Positions 36,495 through 46,085 of a DNA stretch of 64,000 bases are shown here, piece by piece. Under the pieces are notes generated by a model that was not told the DNA's origin, ran no database searches, and saw only the letters and a list, made by a program, of their open reading frames with translations. The stretch covers positions 79,094 to 143,093 of IMG/VR virus record IMGVR_UViG_3300046791_000499. One strand, given 5' to 3'. A program made the position numbers and the translations under genes. The stretch is from a virus. Position 1 is the first letter of the stretch. Every line of letters begins with the position of its first letter.

Positions 36495-37251
36495 CGGTGC
36501 CCGGGTAGAGCGGCTCGCCGCGCGCTCGTGCCGAAGCCTGTCGGGCCGCGAGCTGATCGCCCTGGTAGCCGGCGCCGCTGTAGGGGCTCAGGCCGGCTCG
36601 GTCTTGCGGCGTCTGGTCCTTCGTGCGCTCGCCTTTCGGCAGACCCGCGGCCGACTTTCGAAGTTTGGCCTTGCCCGATGGACGCACGCGGACCTGCTTG
36701 CGCTTGTTCTCCCTGTCCACCCAGTGGCTCCCCTCGACCACGTACGCGCGGCCGTCGACGTCGAGCCAGTCGCCGTCCTTGGTCTTGCGTGGCGCCCACA
36801 CGATCCCTCCACGCTTCTCGAACACGAGCCGATCGGTCAGCGCTTCCAAGGCAGCCGCGGCCGCTGGGGCTTCGAGCCCTTCGCCCATGAGCCAATCCAC
36901 GATGTAGATTCCGAGCGGGTCGCCATTGAACTGGAGAGCATCCGCGCGAACGAGCAAGGAGGCGCGCTCGCGGCTGTAGTCACGCGAGTAGTCGCCGGCT
37001 CGGAGCATGGCGAGGTTGATGTCGATGACCTCGCGCCCGGATGCGACCTGTGAGATCTGCGGCGTGTCCCGGGTGTAGCAGGCCGCGCAGCCACCGAGCA
37101 GCACGCGGACGTTGCTGCGGTTCGCCCACACGTCGACGTAGCGTAGGTTGCGTTGTCGAGCACGAGCGATGAACACGGGATCGATGAACGTGCCTTCGTC
37201 GAGAGCATGCGTCGAGCCATTGCAGAACGTGCACTTGCCGACATCGATCAT
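36487..37251 (-). CDS. Zn-finger / TIGR02996-like motif protein (5' end possibly frameshifted)
   Basis: CTFCNGS, CAAC, LLVRADALQFNGDPLGIYI. Confidence 0.6.
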   Translation of the reverse strand: MIDVGKCTFCNGSTHALDEGTFIDPVFIARARQRNLRYVDVWANRSNVRVLLGGCAACYTRDTPQISQVASGREVIDINLAMLRAGDYSRDYSRERASLLVRADALQFNGDPLGIYIVDWLMGEGLEAPAAAAALEALTDRLVFEKRGGIVWAPRKTKDGDWLDVDGRAYVVEGSHWVDRENKRKQVRVRPSGKAKLRKSAAGLPKGERTKDQTPQDRAGLSPYSGAGYQGDQLAARQASARARGEPLYPGTDD

Positions 37252-37811
37252 CCCGAGCTGCGCGCCATTGACCAGCGCCCACAGGACCCGAGCGTGTGGA
37301 TCCGGCTCTCGCCAGATCGCGGTCCCCTCGGAGGAGACGAACTCAGCGGGTGAAGGCGTTGCGCAAGGCGAGTTCGGTGGCGTCGTGGCCAGGCAGGTTG
37401 GAGCGCCATCCGATCCTCCTTGCGGCGGTGCGCGATCACTTCGTCCATAACCTCGCCAAGAACCCGCGCACCCTCGGCGATGAAGGCCGCGTCGAACGAT
37501 GCCGGGAGCATGGCTGCGAGCCTCTCGTCGAGCAGCCGGCGGACCTCGTCGGCGTCTGCCTCGGTGGCGGCGAGACCCTCGGCCGAGAACCGCTTCTCGA
37601 GCGGCGACATGAAGGGGTCCGGCAGCACCGCCCAAGCCACGAACAGCCCACCGGTGGTCAGGATCTCGAGCAAGCAGCCTCGCGCCTCCGGGCTGTCGAC
37701 CCCGTGTGCACGCTCGGCAACCCGCCACCGTCGCTCCATCCCGACGCGAGCGCCGTGCCGGGCGAGCCACGTCAGGATGCGGGCACGTAGTTCGTCGGCG
37801 CTGGCCGCCAT
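37248..37811 (-). CDS. Hypothetical protein
   Basis: Coupled to upstream stop; C-terminus may be out of frame. Confidence 0.5.
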   Translation of the reverse strand: MAASADELRARILTWLARHGARVGMERRWRVAERAHGVDSPEARGCLLEILTTGGLFVAWAVLPDPFMSPLEKRFSAEGLAATEADADEVRRLLDERLAAMLPASFDAAFIAEGARVLGEVMDEVIAHRRKEDRMALQPAWPRRHRTRLAQRLHPLSSSPPRGPRSGESRIHTLGSCGRWSMARSSG

Positions 37812-39484
37812 CAATCCCACCGATCCAGGTTGTAGGCCGCGACCATCCCCGTGGTCGTGGTCACGCGAAAGGACGCGGCCGACCAGGACGATGCGCTACC
37901 AGAGAGGCTCAGCCCGCACGCGGTGGACTCGCTCTTGCCGGTGATCTCCGACCGCTGCATGTACTCCTCCAACGTGCTGCGGATCGAGTGGTACTCCGAG
38001 CGCAGGATCTCGACAAAGAAACCGCCGCCCGCGAGGTGGCCGACGTCGCGAGCCCCGTCGAGGATGGCGATCACGCCGTTGCCGTCCTGGGTCCGACTGT
38101 TCCCGTACCACTGAGCAGGCTGCAGCGTGAACGCATTGACCTTCACCCAGCCGGGCTTGAGGTTCCACTTCGCCGGCATCGAGCCGTCCCTGTAGACGTA
38201 CGCCGACGCCGGGTTGCGCTTGTCCTCGCGGTCCCACTGGATGATCGGTGGGGCCTCTGGATTGGTCGCCGTCACGATCGCGCAGTAGCTGTTGGCCATC
38301 GTGGTGACCTGGTACTCGACGTGCGCAGCTTCGGGCAGCACGGTGGCCGCGAACTTCGTCCACGTCATCCTGACGGCGGGCAGCGTCATGGCTCGGGCGA
38401 CCCGGCCTTCGTGCTGCTGAGCCGCTTCGAGCAGATGCCCGAACACCGGCGCGTGCGGGTTCGGCTTGGGCTCTCGCGTCGGTGGAAGCTGCGGGCGCCA
38501 CAGCGCGTCGACCTCCTCGAGTTTGGCGAAGCGGCGCTCGAGCGAGCCGGCCGTGCGCAGAACCTCGATGATCTTCTCGGCCTGCTTGATGTTGCCGACG
38601 CTCGGCGGTGCTTGGGGGCGCAGATACAGCGACGGATCCATCTTCGCGTCGAACCGCTTCTTGATCGCGTCGAAGCCCAGGCCGGTCTCGATGTCTTCGA
38701 GCAGCGTCCCGATCATGCCCGAGCGCACGTGGCAGAACCCAGCCGGTGCATCAGCGACGGCGAGCCAGGTCACGGTGTTGGACGCGGGAGTGACCCACTG
38801 CGGTTTGCCAACCTCAACCCGTTCGGTAGCCCGCGCCTCGTACAGATCGAGCAGCCACTTGGCCACGCCGACGCACTTCTCCGCGCGGTAGAGCCGGCCC
38901 GATGCGAGCAGTTCGTTCGCCGTGCGGACGGTCGAGAGCGAGAAGTCTCCGAACGATCGACTGAGCATCTCGTAGTCCTTGCGCTTTTCGGCCATGACCT
39001 GGTCGGCGTTCTTGGTCTCCGAGCGGTTGGCGTGCCTCGACGCTGCCTGCACGGAGAAGTGCGACCAGTTGCCCGTGACCGCGGTGCCGAGGTTCAACTG
39101 CTTGGTCAGGAACACGCCGGTGATCTTGGAGCGTGCAACCGCGCGGGTGAGCTGCGCGAAGGCTTCTCCGAGGCCATCGACGTAGAGGCCAGGCACCGAC
39201 CACAGCGCGGAGCGAACCCGTCCGTCCACGATCACGGCGAGCCCGCCGAAACGCTCGACGAATTGCTGGCAGGCGCGGCATTTGTAGTGCTGGCGCCGGT
39301 CGGGCTCGAGGCTCGCGAGGAACAGGTTCCACAGGCTTGGGCCGGACGCGTCCGTGGTGAACAGCGGCACGTCCTGGGTGAGCACGGCGAAGTGCTCTTG
39401 CACCCGAACGAGCGCGTGGTCGTAGTCTTGAAGGTGGTCGCCAGGAGCGGTTGGAGTGACAGGTTGGCCAGATAGATGGGTCAT
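37811..39484 (-). CDS. Large phage hypothetical protein (HY-x-C-x-x-C motif)
   Basis: 557 aa; RQHYKCRACQQFVERFG, FCHVRSGMIGTLL, LERRFA, YNLDRWD. Confidence 0.75.
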   Translation of the reverse strand: MTHLSGQPVTPTAPGDHLQDYDHALVRVQEHFAVLTQDVPLFTTDASGPSLWNLFLASLEPDRRQHYKCRACQQFVERFGGLAVIVDGRVRSALWSVPGLYVDGLGEAFAQLTRAVARSKITGVFLTKQLNLGTAVTGNWSHFSVQAASRHANRSETKNADQVMAEKRKDYEMLSRSFGDFSLSTVRTANELLASGRLYRAEKCVGVAKWLLDLYEARATERVEVGKPQWVTPASNTVTWLAVADAPAGFCHVRSGMIGTLLEDIETGLGFDAIKKRFDAKMDPSLYLRPQAPPSVGNIKQAEKIIEVLRTAGSLERRFAKLEEVDALWRPQLPPTREPKPNPHAPVFGHLLEAAQQHEGRVARAMTLPAVRMTWTKFAATVLPEAAHVEYQVTTMANSYCAIVTATNPEAPPIIQWDREDKRNPASAYVYRDGSMPAKWNLKPGWVKVNAFTLQPAQWYGNSRTQDGNGVIAILDGARDVGHLAGGGFFVEILRSEYHSIRSTLEEYMQRSEITGKSESTACGLSLSGSASSWSAASFRVTTTTGMVAAYNLDRWD

Positions 39485-39972
39485 CGTTCGTTCTCTCGAT
39501 TGGTTTGATTCTCGGGCTTGGGCACGACGCCGGACCGTGCGTCACGAAGGCGCTGCGCCATCTCGTGCCGGCCCTCGACAACGAGGCCACCGAACAGTCC
39601 AGCTCGAACGACCTTCGCCGCGTCTCGCTGCTCATACTCGGGGCCCGAGTACGGGCGTGGCTCGATCATGCTCGGCAGCACCGCGAGCACGACGCGCTCC
39701 CACAGGCGAAGATCGTCGAGGTCCGTCAGCAGGTCGCGCGTGCTCGGCTCGTGAGCGCTGCGATCCTGGACCTTGGCGGCCACGCTGGCAGCGACGCTCG
39801 GGTCCAGGCCGTAGATGAACTCGCACCACGTCGCGTACGTGAAGCGCGTTTCGTCCTTGCTATAGAGCGAATGCCACACATTCCACGCGGGCTTGTTGTA
39901 GCCCGGTTGCTCCTTGGCGCGGTCCCACGCTGACAGGAATGTGAGCAGCTCGGGATCTGCTTTGGCGGTCAT
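39481..39972 (-). CDS. Hypothetical protein
   Basis: ATGA-coupled on both sides. Confidence 0.5.
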   Translation of the reverse strand: MTAKADPELLTFLSAWDRAKEQPGYNKPAWNVWHSLYSKDETRFTYATWCEFIYGLDPSVAASVAAKVQDRSAHEPSTRDLLTDLDDLRLWERVVLAVLPSMIEPRPYSGPEYEQRDAAKVVRAGLFGGLVVEGRHEMAQRLRDARSGVVPKPENQTNRENER

Positions 39973-40184
39973 AACCACCCCTGCTTGGTTGCGCACCAGT
40001 ACGCGACCACCAAGGCGGCGCAGACGAACGCAAACCGAGCGACGGCGCTGGGGAAAGGCTGCGAGAGCCGTACCGTTCGACCGGCGAACAGCTCCGGCTT
40101 GCCGAAGATGCGAAAGTTCCACGCCTGCCACAGCGCGAGGCAGATGACGAAGAACGAGGCGAGAGCGATCCATGGGTGGGTCAT
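39969..40184 (-). CDS. Small two-TM membrane protein
   Basis: Two hydrophobic helices; RBS AAAGGA. Confidence 0.55.
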   Translation of the reverse strand: MTHPWIALASFFVICLALWQAWNFRIFGKPELFAGRTVRLSQPFPSAVARFAFVCAALVVAYWCATKQGWL

Positions 40185-40212
40185 TAGGTTTGGTCCTTTC
40201 GTGGCCAGGTGT

Positions 40213-41205
40213 TCATCGATCCGGCCAGTAGGCTGCCGGGCTCTCGTGGTCGGGGCGGTTCGCGGCAAGCCACGCCTTGCACTCGGCGACCGCTTGATCT
40301 TTCAGCTCGTCGTGGCGGTCCCACCATGCACGATGGGCCTTCGTCTGCTCGGGATCCGAAGGCCGCTCGCTCGGGATGGGCAGGTCGACACGGTGCTCGG
40401 CCGTGAACAGGACCGCGTCGAGCATCCGGGCTTGGATGGCCGCCACCGCGTCCTTGCACTGGTCCTCCTTCCACTGACCGCGGGCTCGGCCTTGGGCTTC
40501 GAGCGCCTCGTTCAAGTCATCTTCGAGCCGTACCGCCCGCACCCGATCGACCACGCAAAAGCGCACGACCGTGTTGCGCTCGTACACGTCGCGAGAGTCG
40601 ATGCTGTACTCCTCGATCCGATACCGGCGCACCGCGTTGTATAAGATGGCGTCCCGATCCCAAAAGCCGGACTTGTAGAAGAACGACCCGCGCCGGTTCC
40701 CCAAGGCGTCGAGGATGTTGCTGTGCATGCCGTGGCTCGTGCGCTGTTTGGTCCAGCCGGCCGGCATCGTCACGGGGCAGAACAGCTTGTCGTCGGCGAA
40801 CTGCTCGCCGAACACGAAGCCCAGCGCCTCGTAGTCCGCTCGGACCTTGGAGTCACGCGGGTACGGCAGCGTCTCGCTCGCGACGGCTTCGCTCTGGCCT
40901 TGGGCGATCTGGACGTCGAAGGCGTCGGGGCCGATGGCCATCGCCATCATGGTGAAGGTCCCGATCGCGCCCGGGGTTTGAGTGTTGGTTGGTCGACTGG
41001 TCTCGGTCATGCCGGTCCCAACAGCCGAGCCGTCGTCGCATTCCCCGAAGCGCTTGAACGCGCGGTGCTCGAGCGCGCAGGCGAGGCATTGCCCAACGTG
41101 AGCGGCGATCGGCGATGTGAGCGGGCGCCCGAGCAGCCGGCTGGCCTCGCCACCCAGCGCAGGATCCGTGCACCCGATCGGTGCGTCGGCGGAGCCCACG
41201 GTCAT
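40213..41205 (-). CDS. Hypothetical protein with N-terminal HxxxCxxC (zf-HC2-like) segment; possible second start ATG 41010
   Basis: AHVGQCLAC; downstream domain FFYKSGFWDRDA. Confidence 0.55.
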   Translation of the reverse strand: MTVGSADAPIGCTDPALGGEASRLLGRPLTSPIAAHVGQCLACALEHRAFKRFGECDDGSAVGTGMTETSRPTNTQTPGAIGTFTMMAMAIGPDAFDVQIAQGQSEAVASETLPYPRDSKVRADYEALGFVFGEQFADDKLFCPVTMPAGWTKQRTSHGMHSNILDALGNRRGSFFYKSGFWDRDAILYNAVRRYRIEEYSIDSRDVYERNTVVRFCVVDRVRAVRLEDDLNEALEAQGRARGQWKEDQCKDAVAAIQARMLDAVLFTAEHRVDLPIPSERPSDPEQTKAHRAWWDRHDELKDQAVAECKAWLAANRPDHESPAAYWPDR

Positions 41206-41456
41206 GGCGTCTCGACCTCCCGGAACAACTCGCTCCGAGGCACACCGAGCGCTTTCGCCATGGCGTCGAGCCGCTCGGGCTTCGGCCACCTTGGGTGTTC
41301 GCCGAGGTACTCGAACCGCAGCTTGGTCGCCGCCTTGTAGGACGCCCCGCCCAAGCCGATCGCCTTGGCGAAGGCGGCCTCGGTCATCTCGCTTTTGGCG
41401 AGCAGCCGGCGGACGTTGTAGGAGAGCAGGCCCGCGGCGGAGAGCGTCGCGGTCAT
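41202..41456 (-). CDS. XRE/Cro-like HTH regulator
   Basis: NVRRL...MTEAAFAKAIG...PKPERLDAMAKALGV. Confidence 0.75.
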   Translation of the reverse strand: MTATLSAAGLLSYNVRRLLAKSEMTEAAFAKAIGLGGASYKAATKLRFEYLGEHPRWPKPERLDAMAKALGVPRSELFREVETP

Positions 41457-41743
41457 GGCTCACCCGCCTTCGCCCGCAGTTCGGCGAGGTCCTGTTCTGC
41501 CTGCTCGAGCCGGAGTTTGAGCATGTGGTCGGCCGAAGCCTGCGCCAGTTTGGCGATGTCGGTCGCGAGCACGCGGCCAGACGGGCCGTTGTACCTGCCG
41601 TGCTGGTCGATCCACGCGACCTCGTAGCCGCTGCGATCGGTGTCCACCCACAGGCAAGGCCGGCCGTCATCGTCCACATGCCAGGTGCACGAGAACATGC
41701 TGCCCTCGAGCGGGTACTTGGCGTTCAGTTCGGCGACGGTCAT
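41453..41743 (-). CDS. Hypothetical protein
   Basis: ATGA-coupled. Confidence 0.5.
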   Translation of the reverse strand: MTVAELNAKYPLEGSMFSCTWHVDDDGRPCLWVDTDRSGYEVAWIDQHGRYNGPSGRVLATDIAKLAQASADHMLKLRLEQAEQDLAELRAKAGEP

Positions 41744-42222
41744 CGTGCTGCCTCGATTCCAGCCAACAGCATGCTGAGTGCGCGCTCCGGGCCTGGCCCC
41801 TCGCCCGCCGCCGCGAACCTGTCTGCGGCTTCGCGGGCCGACTCGTCGGGCAACATCTTCAACTCGAGCAAGGTCTCGCCGCTGCTCGCCAGCACCAGCC
41901 ACCCTGCCCCGTCGGCATCCAGGTCGTTGATGAGGCCGCCCATCCGGCGCTTGGGGTTCGGCTCCCGACGCAGACGCACGTCCACCATCGCAGCCTTGGC
42001 CTTCACCAACTCGTCGCGCTTGCGGGATCGCTCGTATACGGCGTCGGTCACTGCCCGGGGAACCAGAGCGGTGGCGGAGCCATTGCACGCCAGACCGCAA
42101 CTGTCGGCACAGATGTCGAACGCGTCGGCGGCTGCGTCGAACGTCACCTCCACGCCGCGCATCACGGCGGTGTCGGGGCTGTTCGGATCCCAGGTCCAAG
42201 GCTCGGGGAGTTCGGCGCTCAT
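41740..42222 (-). CDS. Hypothetical protein sharing its C-terminal domain with 42219-43040
   Basis: WLVLASSGETLLELKMLP...PGPERA. Confidence 0.55.
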   Translation of the reverse strand: MSAELPEPWTWDPNSPDTAVMRGVEVTFDAAADAFDICADSCGLACNGSATALVPRAVTDAVYERSRKRDELVKAKAAMVDVRLRREPNPKRRMGGLINDLDADGAGWLVLASSGETLLELKMLPDESAREAADRFAAAGEGPGPERALSMLLAGIEAAR

Positions 42223-43040
42223 GACCGCATCTCCGCTACGTACTGGCGGAGGATCTCAGCGGCGCGCTCGGGCCCTGGCGTGTCTTCGGCTGCATCGAAG
42301 CGTGCCTCGGCCACGGCCGCCGACTCGCCGGGCAGCATCTCCAGTTCGAGCACGTACTTGCCATCGGCCGCGATCACCAGCCAGTCGGTCGAGTTGATCT
42401 CGTTGATCGAACCGAGCGCCGCAGCCTCGTGGCTGTACTCGCTACGTGCGTGGGTGCGTGGCAGCTTTTGGATCCCATACAGGGTCTCGAACGCGTACTT
42501 GCCCTCGTACCGAAGTTCGACCCCGGTGATCCGCTCGCCGACGGTGCCGAAGTGACGCGACGCATCGCGACGTGCTTGCTGCGCGGCCTCGCGGTCGGCG
42601 ACGATCTTCTCGGCCAGTTCGTTGTCGGTCAGAGATCCGTGCCCGAGCAGGAAGTTGGCGGCACGCTCGCCGTCCTCCCGTTCCTCGCGGGTGCGTCGCT
42701 CGGCGGCCATCCGCTCGCGGCGCTCGCCATCGCGCAGGTTCGCGATGCGCTCGCGCTTGCCGTCGCGCACGGCCTGACCCTCGCCGGCTTTCTCGGCGCA
42801 GTCGCAGCCGACCTTGAACTTTCGGTCGTCTGCCGTGGCGAAGGTGAACACGTTCCAGATCGCCTGACCGCACAGGTCACATGAGCCCCCGCACATGTTG
42901 GTCGTGTACGGGAGGCCAGCAGCCGAAGCCGCGGCGTTCGTGGCTTGGCGATCCTCGGTGGTCTCGAGCCCGACGAACCGATAGGGGCCCGCGCCGAAGA
43001 TGGCGAAGGGATGTTCGGGGAGTTTGGCGGCGGCGCTCAT
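42219..43040 (-). CDS. Zn-finger (CxxCG...GCDC) chimeric protein
   Basis: CDLCGQAI...KVGCDC; RBS GGAGGT. Confidence 0.6.
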   Translation of the reverse strand: MSAAAKLPEHPFAIFGAGPYRFVGLETTEDRQATNAAASAAGLPYTTNMCGGSCDLCGQAIWNVFTFATADDRKFKVGCDCAEKAGEGQAVRDGKRERIANLRDGERRERMAAERRTREEREDGERAANFLLGHGSLTDNELAEKIVADREAAQQARRDASRHFGTVGERITGVELRYEGKYAFETLYGIQKLPRTHARSEYSHEAAALGSINEINSTDWLVIAADGKYVLELEMLPGESAAVAEARFDAAEDTPGPERAAEILRQYVAEMRS

Positions 43041-43042
43041 GG

Positions 43043-43324
43043 TCAGATGACCTCCGCTGCCATGACGGCGAAAGTTGTCCCGCGGTGGCCGCTCATCTGG
43101 ATGAAGAAGCCGACCCCCGTGTTGATGTTGCGCATGATCGTACGGTTCGCCTTGCGCTTGCCGACGAGGTCGGCGCCCATCTCGCTCATCTTGGTGATCT
43201 CGCCTTCCCACGCGTGCTCGTTCGAGCCGGTGGAGCGCAGGGTCAGCCTGACGCGGGTGCCCACGGGCATGGCGAACAGTTGCGCGGCGGCGGCTTGGGC
43301 GATCTCGGTGGCGTCGATCATCAT
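43043..43324 (-). CDS. Hypothetical early protein
   Basis: Directly behind sigma70-like promoter. Confidence 0.55.
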   Translation of the reverse strand: MMIDATEIAQAAAAQLFAMPVGTRVRLTLRSTGSNEHAWEGEITKMSEMGADLVGKRKANRTIMRNINTGVGFFIQMSGHRGTTFAVMAAEVI

Positions 43325-43331
43325 TGCCCGG

Positions 43332-43364
43332 CTATTATGTACCGCCGCGCAGGATATACAATAG
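43332..43364 (-). promoter_or_regulatory. Quasi-palindromic sigma70-like promoter TTGTAT-N16-CATAAT
   Basis: Third copy of the 59.1/61.1 kb element. Confidence 0.7.
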
Positions 43365-43408
43365 TCCGACGCTGATTTATTTGCGCGCGAATACGCCCGG
43401 CTGGCGCG

Positions 43409-45151
43409 TCACTTCCGCAGCTCTCGCCCGAGCACGACCTGCTTGTCGGCCACGTCGTCCATGAGCCCGAGCCCGCGTAGCTTGGTCATGGCGTTCCTGA
43501 ACGTGCCCGAAGTCGCACTCAGGCCGGCGCGGAATGCTGCCGTCTCCCGGGTGACCGGTTCGCTCGTGGCAGCCAGGACCTCGAACAGCCGGCGGTGCGC
43601 GCCTCCGAGCTTGCCTGCCCAGAACTCGAGCAGTTTCGCGCCGGTGGGCAGGGGCGTGAAGGTGCCCGCGTACTTGCGCTTGGCCTCCGCGCTGGCCTCG
43701 AGCATGCCGGTCGAGACGTCCACGAGCAGGGGCGGTGTGGCACCACGCAGCGTGGTCATCGCATTGCGGAAGGTGCCCGACTTTGGGGAGAGGCCGGCGA
43801 GCAGAGCGGCTCGGGTCCTGGTGACGGGCTTGCCGACTTGGAGCAGTACGGTCAGCACACGGCTTGGAGCGCCGCCAAGATCGCCGGGCGTGGTCTTGAC
43901 CGGCTTCTCGTCGGGCGCGGCGTTGCGTGCCCGCGACGCGCCGACGCTCACCTGCACGATCGGAGTCACCGTCGGCGGAGGCGCGATGATGCGTGGCCTC
44001 GTCGTGGCCTCGGCCATCCAGTCCGGGATCCAAGGATCCGCGATCGCTGGGCTCACATGGCGAGGCTCCGCTGGGGTGACGGCCACGGCCTGACCACCGT
44101 TGGCTCGAGTCCAGCCCTGCGCACGCTGCAGTCCGTCGACTGCCTTGGAGATGGCCTCGCTCAGCCGGGCGTTCTCCCCTCGGACCGCAAGCAGTTCGGC
44201 CTCGAGTTCGGCGACGCGCTCTTGGGCTGCGGTGTCGACCACGATGCGCACCGCTGCTGCTTCCGACTCTGGCTCTGGCACGCCGAGGTCGCCGAGCTGC
44301 GCGACAAGTTCGGCCACTCGCTTGTTCGACGCTGGGACCTGCACGAGATGCCGCGCTCCCGGTCGCACGTGCTGCGTGAGCGTCGTGTGGTTCGTCCTGA
44401 ACCTGGCCACGCCATCGAAATTGAAGGCCGAGCCGCTCGCCATGAACTCGCCGGGCAGCAGCCCTTGGAGCGTCGACCACTTGCTCTTGCCCTCGAACCC
44501 GAGGATCGCCGACGCGCGGGTGAGGTCGAGGTCCTGCGCGAACCTGCCGACCATGAGGTTGTTGGCCTCGGCGGCGGCGTCCTTCGCCAGCTTGGAGAAC
44601 CGCTGGGTCGCGAGGATGCCTCCGAACCCGCGCTTGCGCCCCGAGTCCATGAGGTCGATGACGGCCTGCCTGCTCTCCGCCTTGCCCGACTCTGGCGCGA
44701 ACCGGTGGGCTTCGTCGATCACGATCAGCCGAGGTCGCCACAGAGCACGCGGTGCGGCGAGCAGCCCTTCGATGAACAGCCGCAAGTAGAGCCGCTTGGC
44801 GTCCAGGGTGAGGTCGCTCAGATCCAAGATGGCCGAGCAGTTGAGTTCGAGCAGGCGCAGGGCGAGCCGCATGGCCGTGCTCGGGTCCGCGACGATGTCA
44901 CCCTCGCGCTTGCCTCCGACGAGCACCGCGTTGACGTGCGTGCGCAGGCTGGCGTACTCGCCCTCGGGGTCGACGATGGCGACGGGGATCCGGTTGGCCA
45001 GGCCCTCGATCAGCAGGCGCAACGCTTGGCTCTTGCCGCCGCCCGAGTTCGCGCACAGCAGCAAGCGGGAGACGGTCAGCTCCAAGGGGTCGACGGTGAC
45101 GATCGTCTCGGCGCCGGGCGGGGTCAGGACGATGGGCTCGCGGGTGATCAT
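43409..45151 (-). CDS. HerA/FtsK-like (DUF87-type) P-loop ATPase with tandem C-terminal wHTH-like repeats
   Basis: Walker A ANSGGGKS, DPEGEY, Walker B IVIDEAH, GRKRG, ATQR. Confidence 0.85.
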   Translation of the reverse strand: MITREPIVLTPPGAETIVTVDPLELTVSRLLLCANSGGGKSQALRLLIEGLANRIPVAIVDPEGEYASLRTHVNAVLVGGKREGDIVADPSTAMRLALRLLELNCSAILDLSDLTLDAKRLYLRLFIEGLLAAPRALWRPRLIVIDEAHRFAPESGKAESRQAVIDLMDSGRKRGFGGILATQRFSKLAKDAAAEANNLMVGRFAQDLDLTRASAILGFEGKSKWSTLQGLLPGEFMASGSAFNFDGVARFRTNHTTLTQHVRPGARHLVQVPASNKRVAELVAQLGDLGVPEPESEAAAVRIVVDTAAQERVAELEAELLAVRGENARLSEAISKAVDGLQRAQGWTRANGGQAVAVTPAEPRHVSPAIADPWIPDWMAEATTRPRIIAPPPTVTPIVQVSVGASRARNAAPDEKPVKTTPGDLGGAPSRVLTVLLQVGKPVTRTRAALLAGLSPKSGTFRNAMTTLRGATPPLLVDVSTGMLEASAEAKRKYAGTFTPLPTGAKLLEFWAGKLGGAHRRLFEVLAATSEPVTRETAAFRAGLSATSGTFRNAMTKLRGLGLMDDVADKQVVLGRELRK

Positions 45152-45573
45152 GTTGTGGGATCCTTCACAGGCCCAAGCTTCTTGGATGCCACGCACTGGG
45201 AGCAGATCGGTTCATACGACTGGCCTTCATCGATCGCAGCGGCGCCGGCTGGGATGTCGCCGATCCTCACCACCTGCTCGCGTTCGATCCAGCGCGAGCT
45301 CACATCTGGCGTCTCGCGCAGACGATAGAGTCCGGGAAGATCATCATCGAACTCGCCGAGCCCGACTGCCAGCCACGCCGTGCCCTCGTTGACCGACCAC
45401 CGTTTGACCACGATGACCCCGGGTACGAACACCATAGCAAGCGCGACCGGCTCTCCAAGGCGCGACGTCCTCGAGCGCACGAGTGCTCCACTGGGGACTT
45501 GCATGGCCTCGTCCTCGTGACTCGCGGTGATGCGATGCCAGGCATGCAGCCCTTTGGGGTTCTCGATCCTCAT
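45148..45573 (-). CDS. Hypothetical protein
   Basis: ATGA-coupled on both sides. Confidence 0.5.
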   Translation of the reverse strand: MRIENPKGLHAWHRITASHEDEAMQVPSGALVRSRTSRLGEPVALAMVFVPGVIVVKRWSVNEGTAWLAVGLGEFDDDLPGLYRLRETPDVSSRWIEREQVVRIGDIPAGAAAIDEGQSYEPICSQCVASKKLGPVKDPTT

Positions 45574-46076
45574 GACGCCACCTGCCCAGACAGCCACTTG
45601 CGGACATGCGCGAGAGCAGCGGTCCGGGCTTCATCCTCGGTGTCCATGGGGCCCTTGTCCAAGCTGTTGTACTCGCAGCCGTAGAAGTACCAGCCGGCCA
45701 TGCTGGGCACCGTCGTCTGGCTGTAGCGGACACTGGCGAGAACCTTGCCGCCTTTGACCAGGTCGGCTCCGCGAGCTCGCGGTTCCCGAAGGCTGGTCTC
45801 GGTCGACACGCGCCACCGGAGCGGGGACTTGCGGCCGTCGACCTTGACCGCGGCCAGCGCGAGCTCGACGTGCGTGAGAGCAACAAACCCTGCGCCCTCG
45901 ATGTAGACCCCGGCCGTGTGGCCTCCGAGGATGCAGGCTTGGGTCGATGTCACGCCCGTCCTGCCCTCGCCGTCGCGGGTGCCCGTCCAATAGCGGACCG
46001 CGGTCTCGGCCGGATGCTGCCATGCGTCGACCTGCTGTTGGAGTTGCTTCGGGGTGGGCGGCTTGCGGGTGGCCAT
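45570..46076 (-). CDS. Hypothetical phage protein
   Basis: LGGHTAGVYIEG-x-GFVALTHV motif. Confidence 0.55.
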   Translation of the reverse strand: MATRKPPTPKQLQQQVDAWQHPAETAVRYWTGTRDGEGRTGVTSTQACILGGHTAGVYIEGAGFVALTHVELALAAVKVDGRKSPLRWRVSTETSLREPRARGADLVKGGKVLASVRYSQTTVPSMAGWYFYGCEYNSLDKGPMDTEDEARTAALAHVRKWLSGQVAS

Positions 46077-46085
46077 GCGAGCCCG

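Noticed and set aside
37811-39484. Second portal
   Set aside because: No portal motifs; a convincing portal is at 32143
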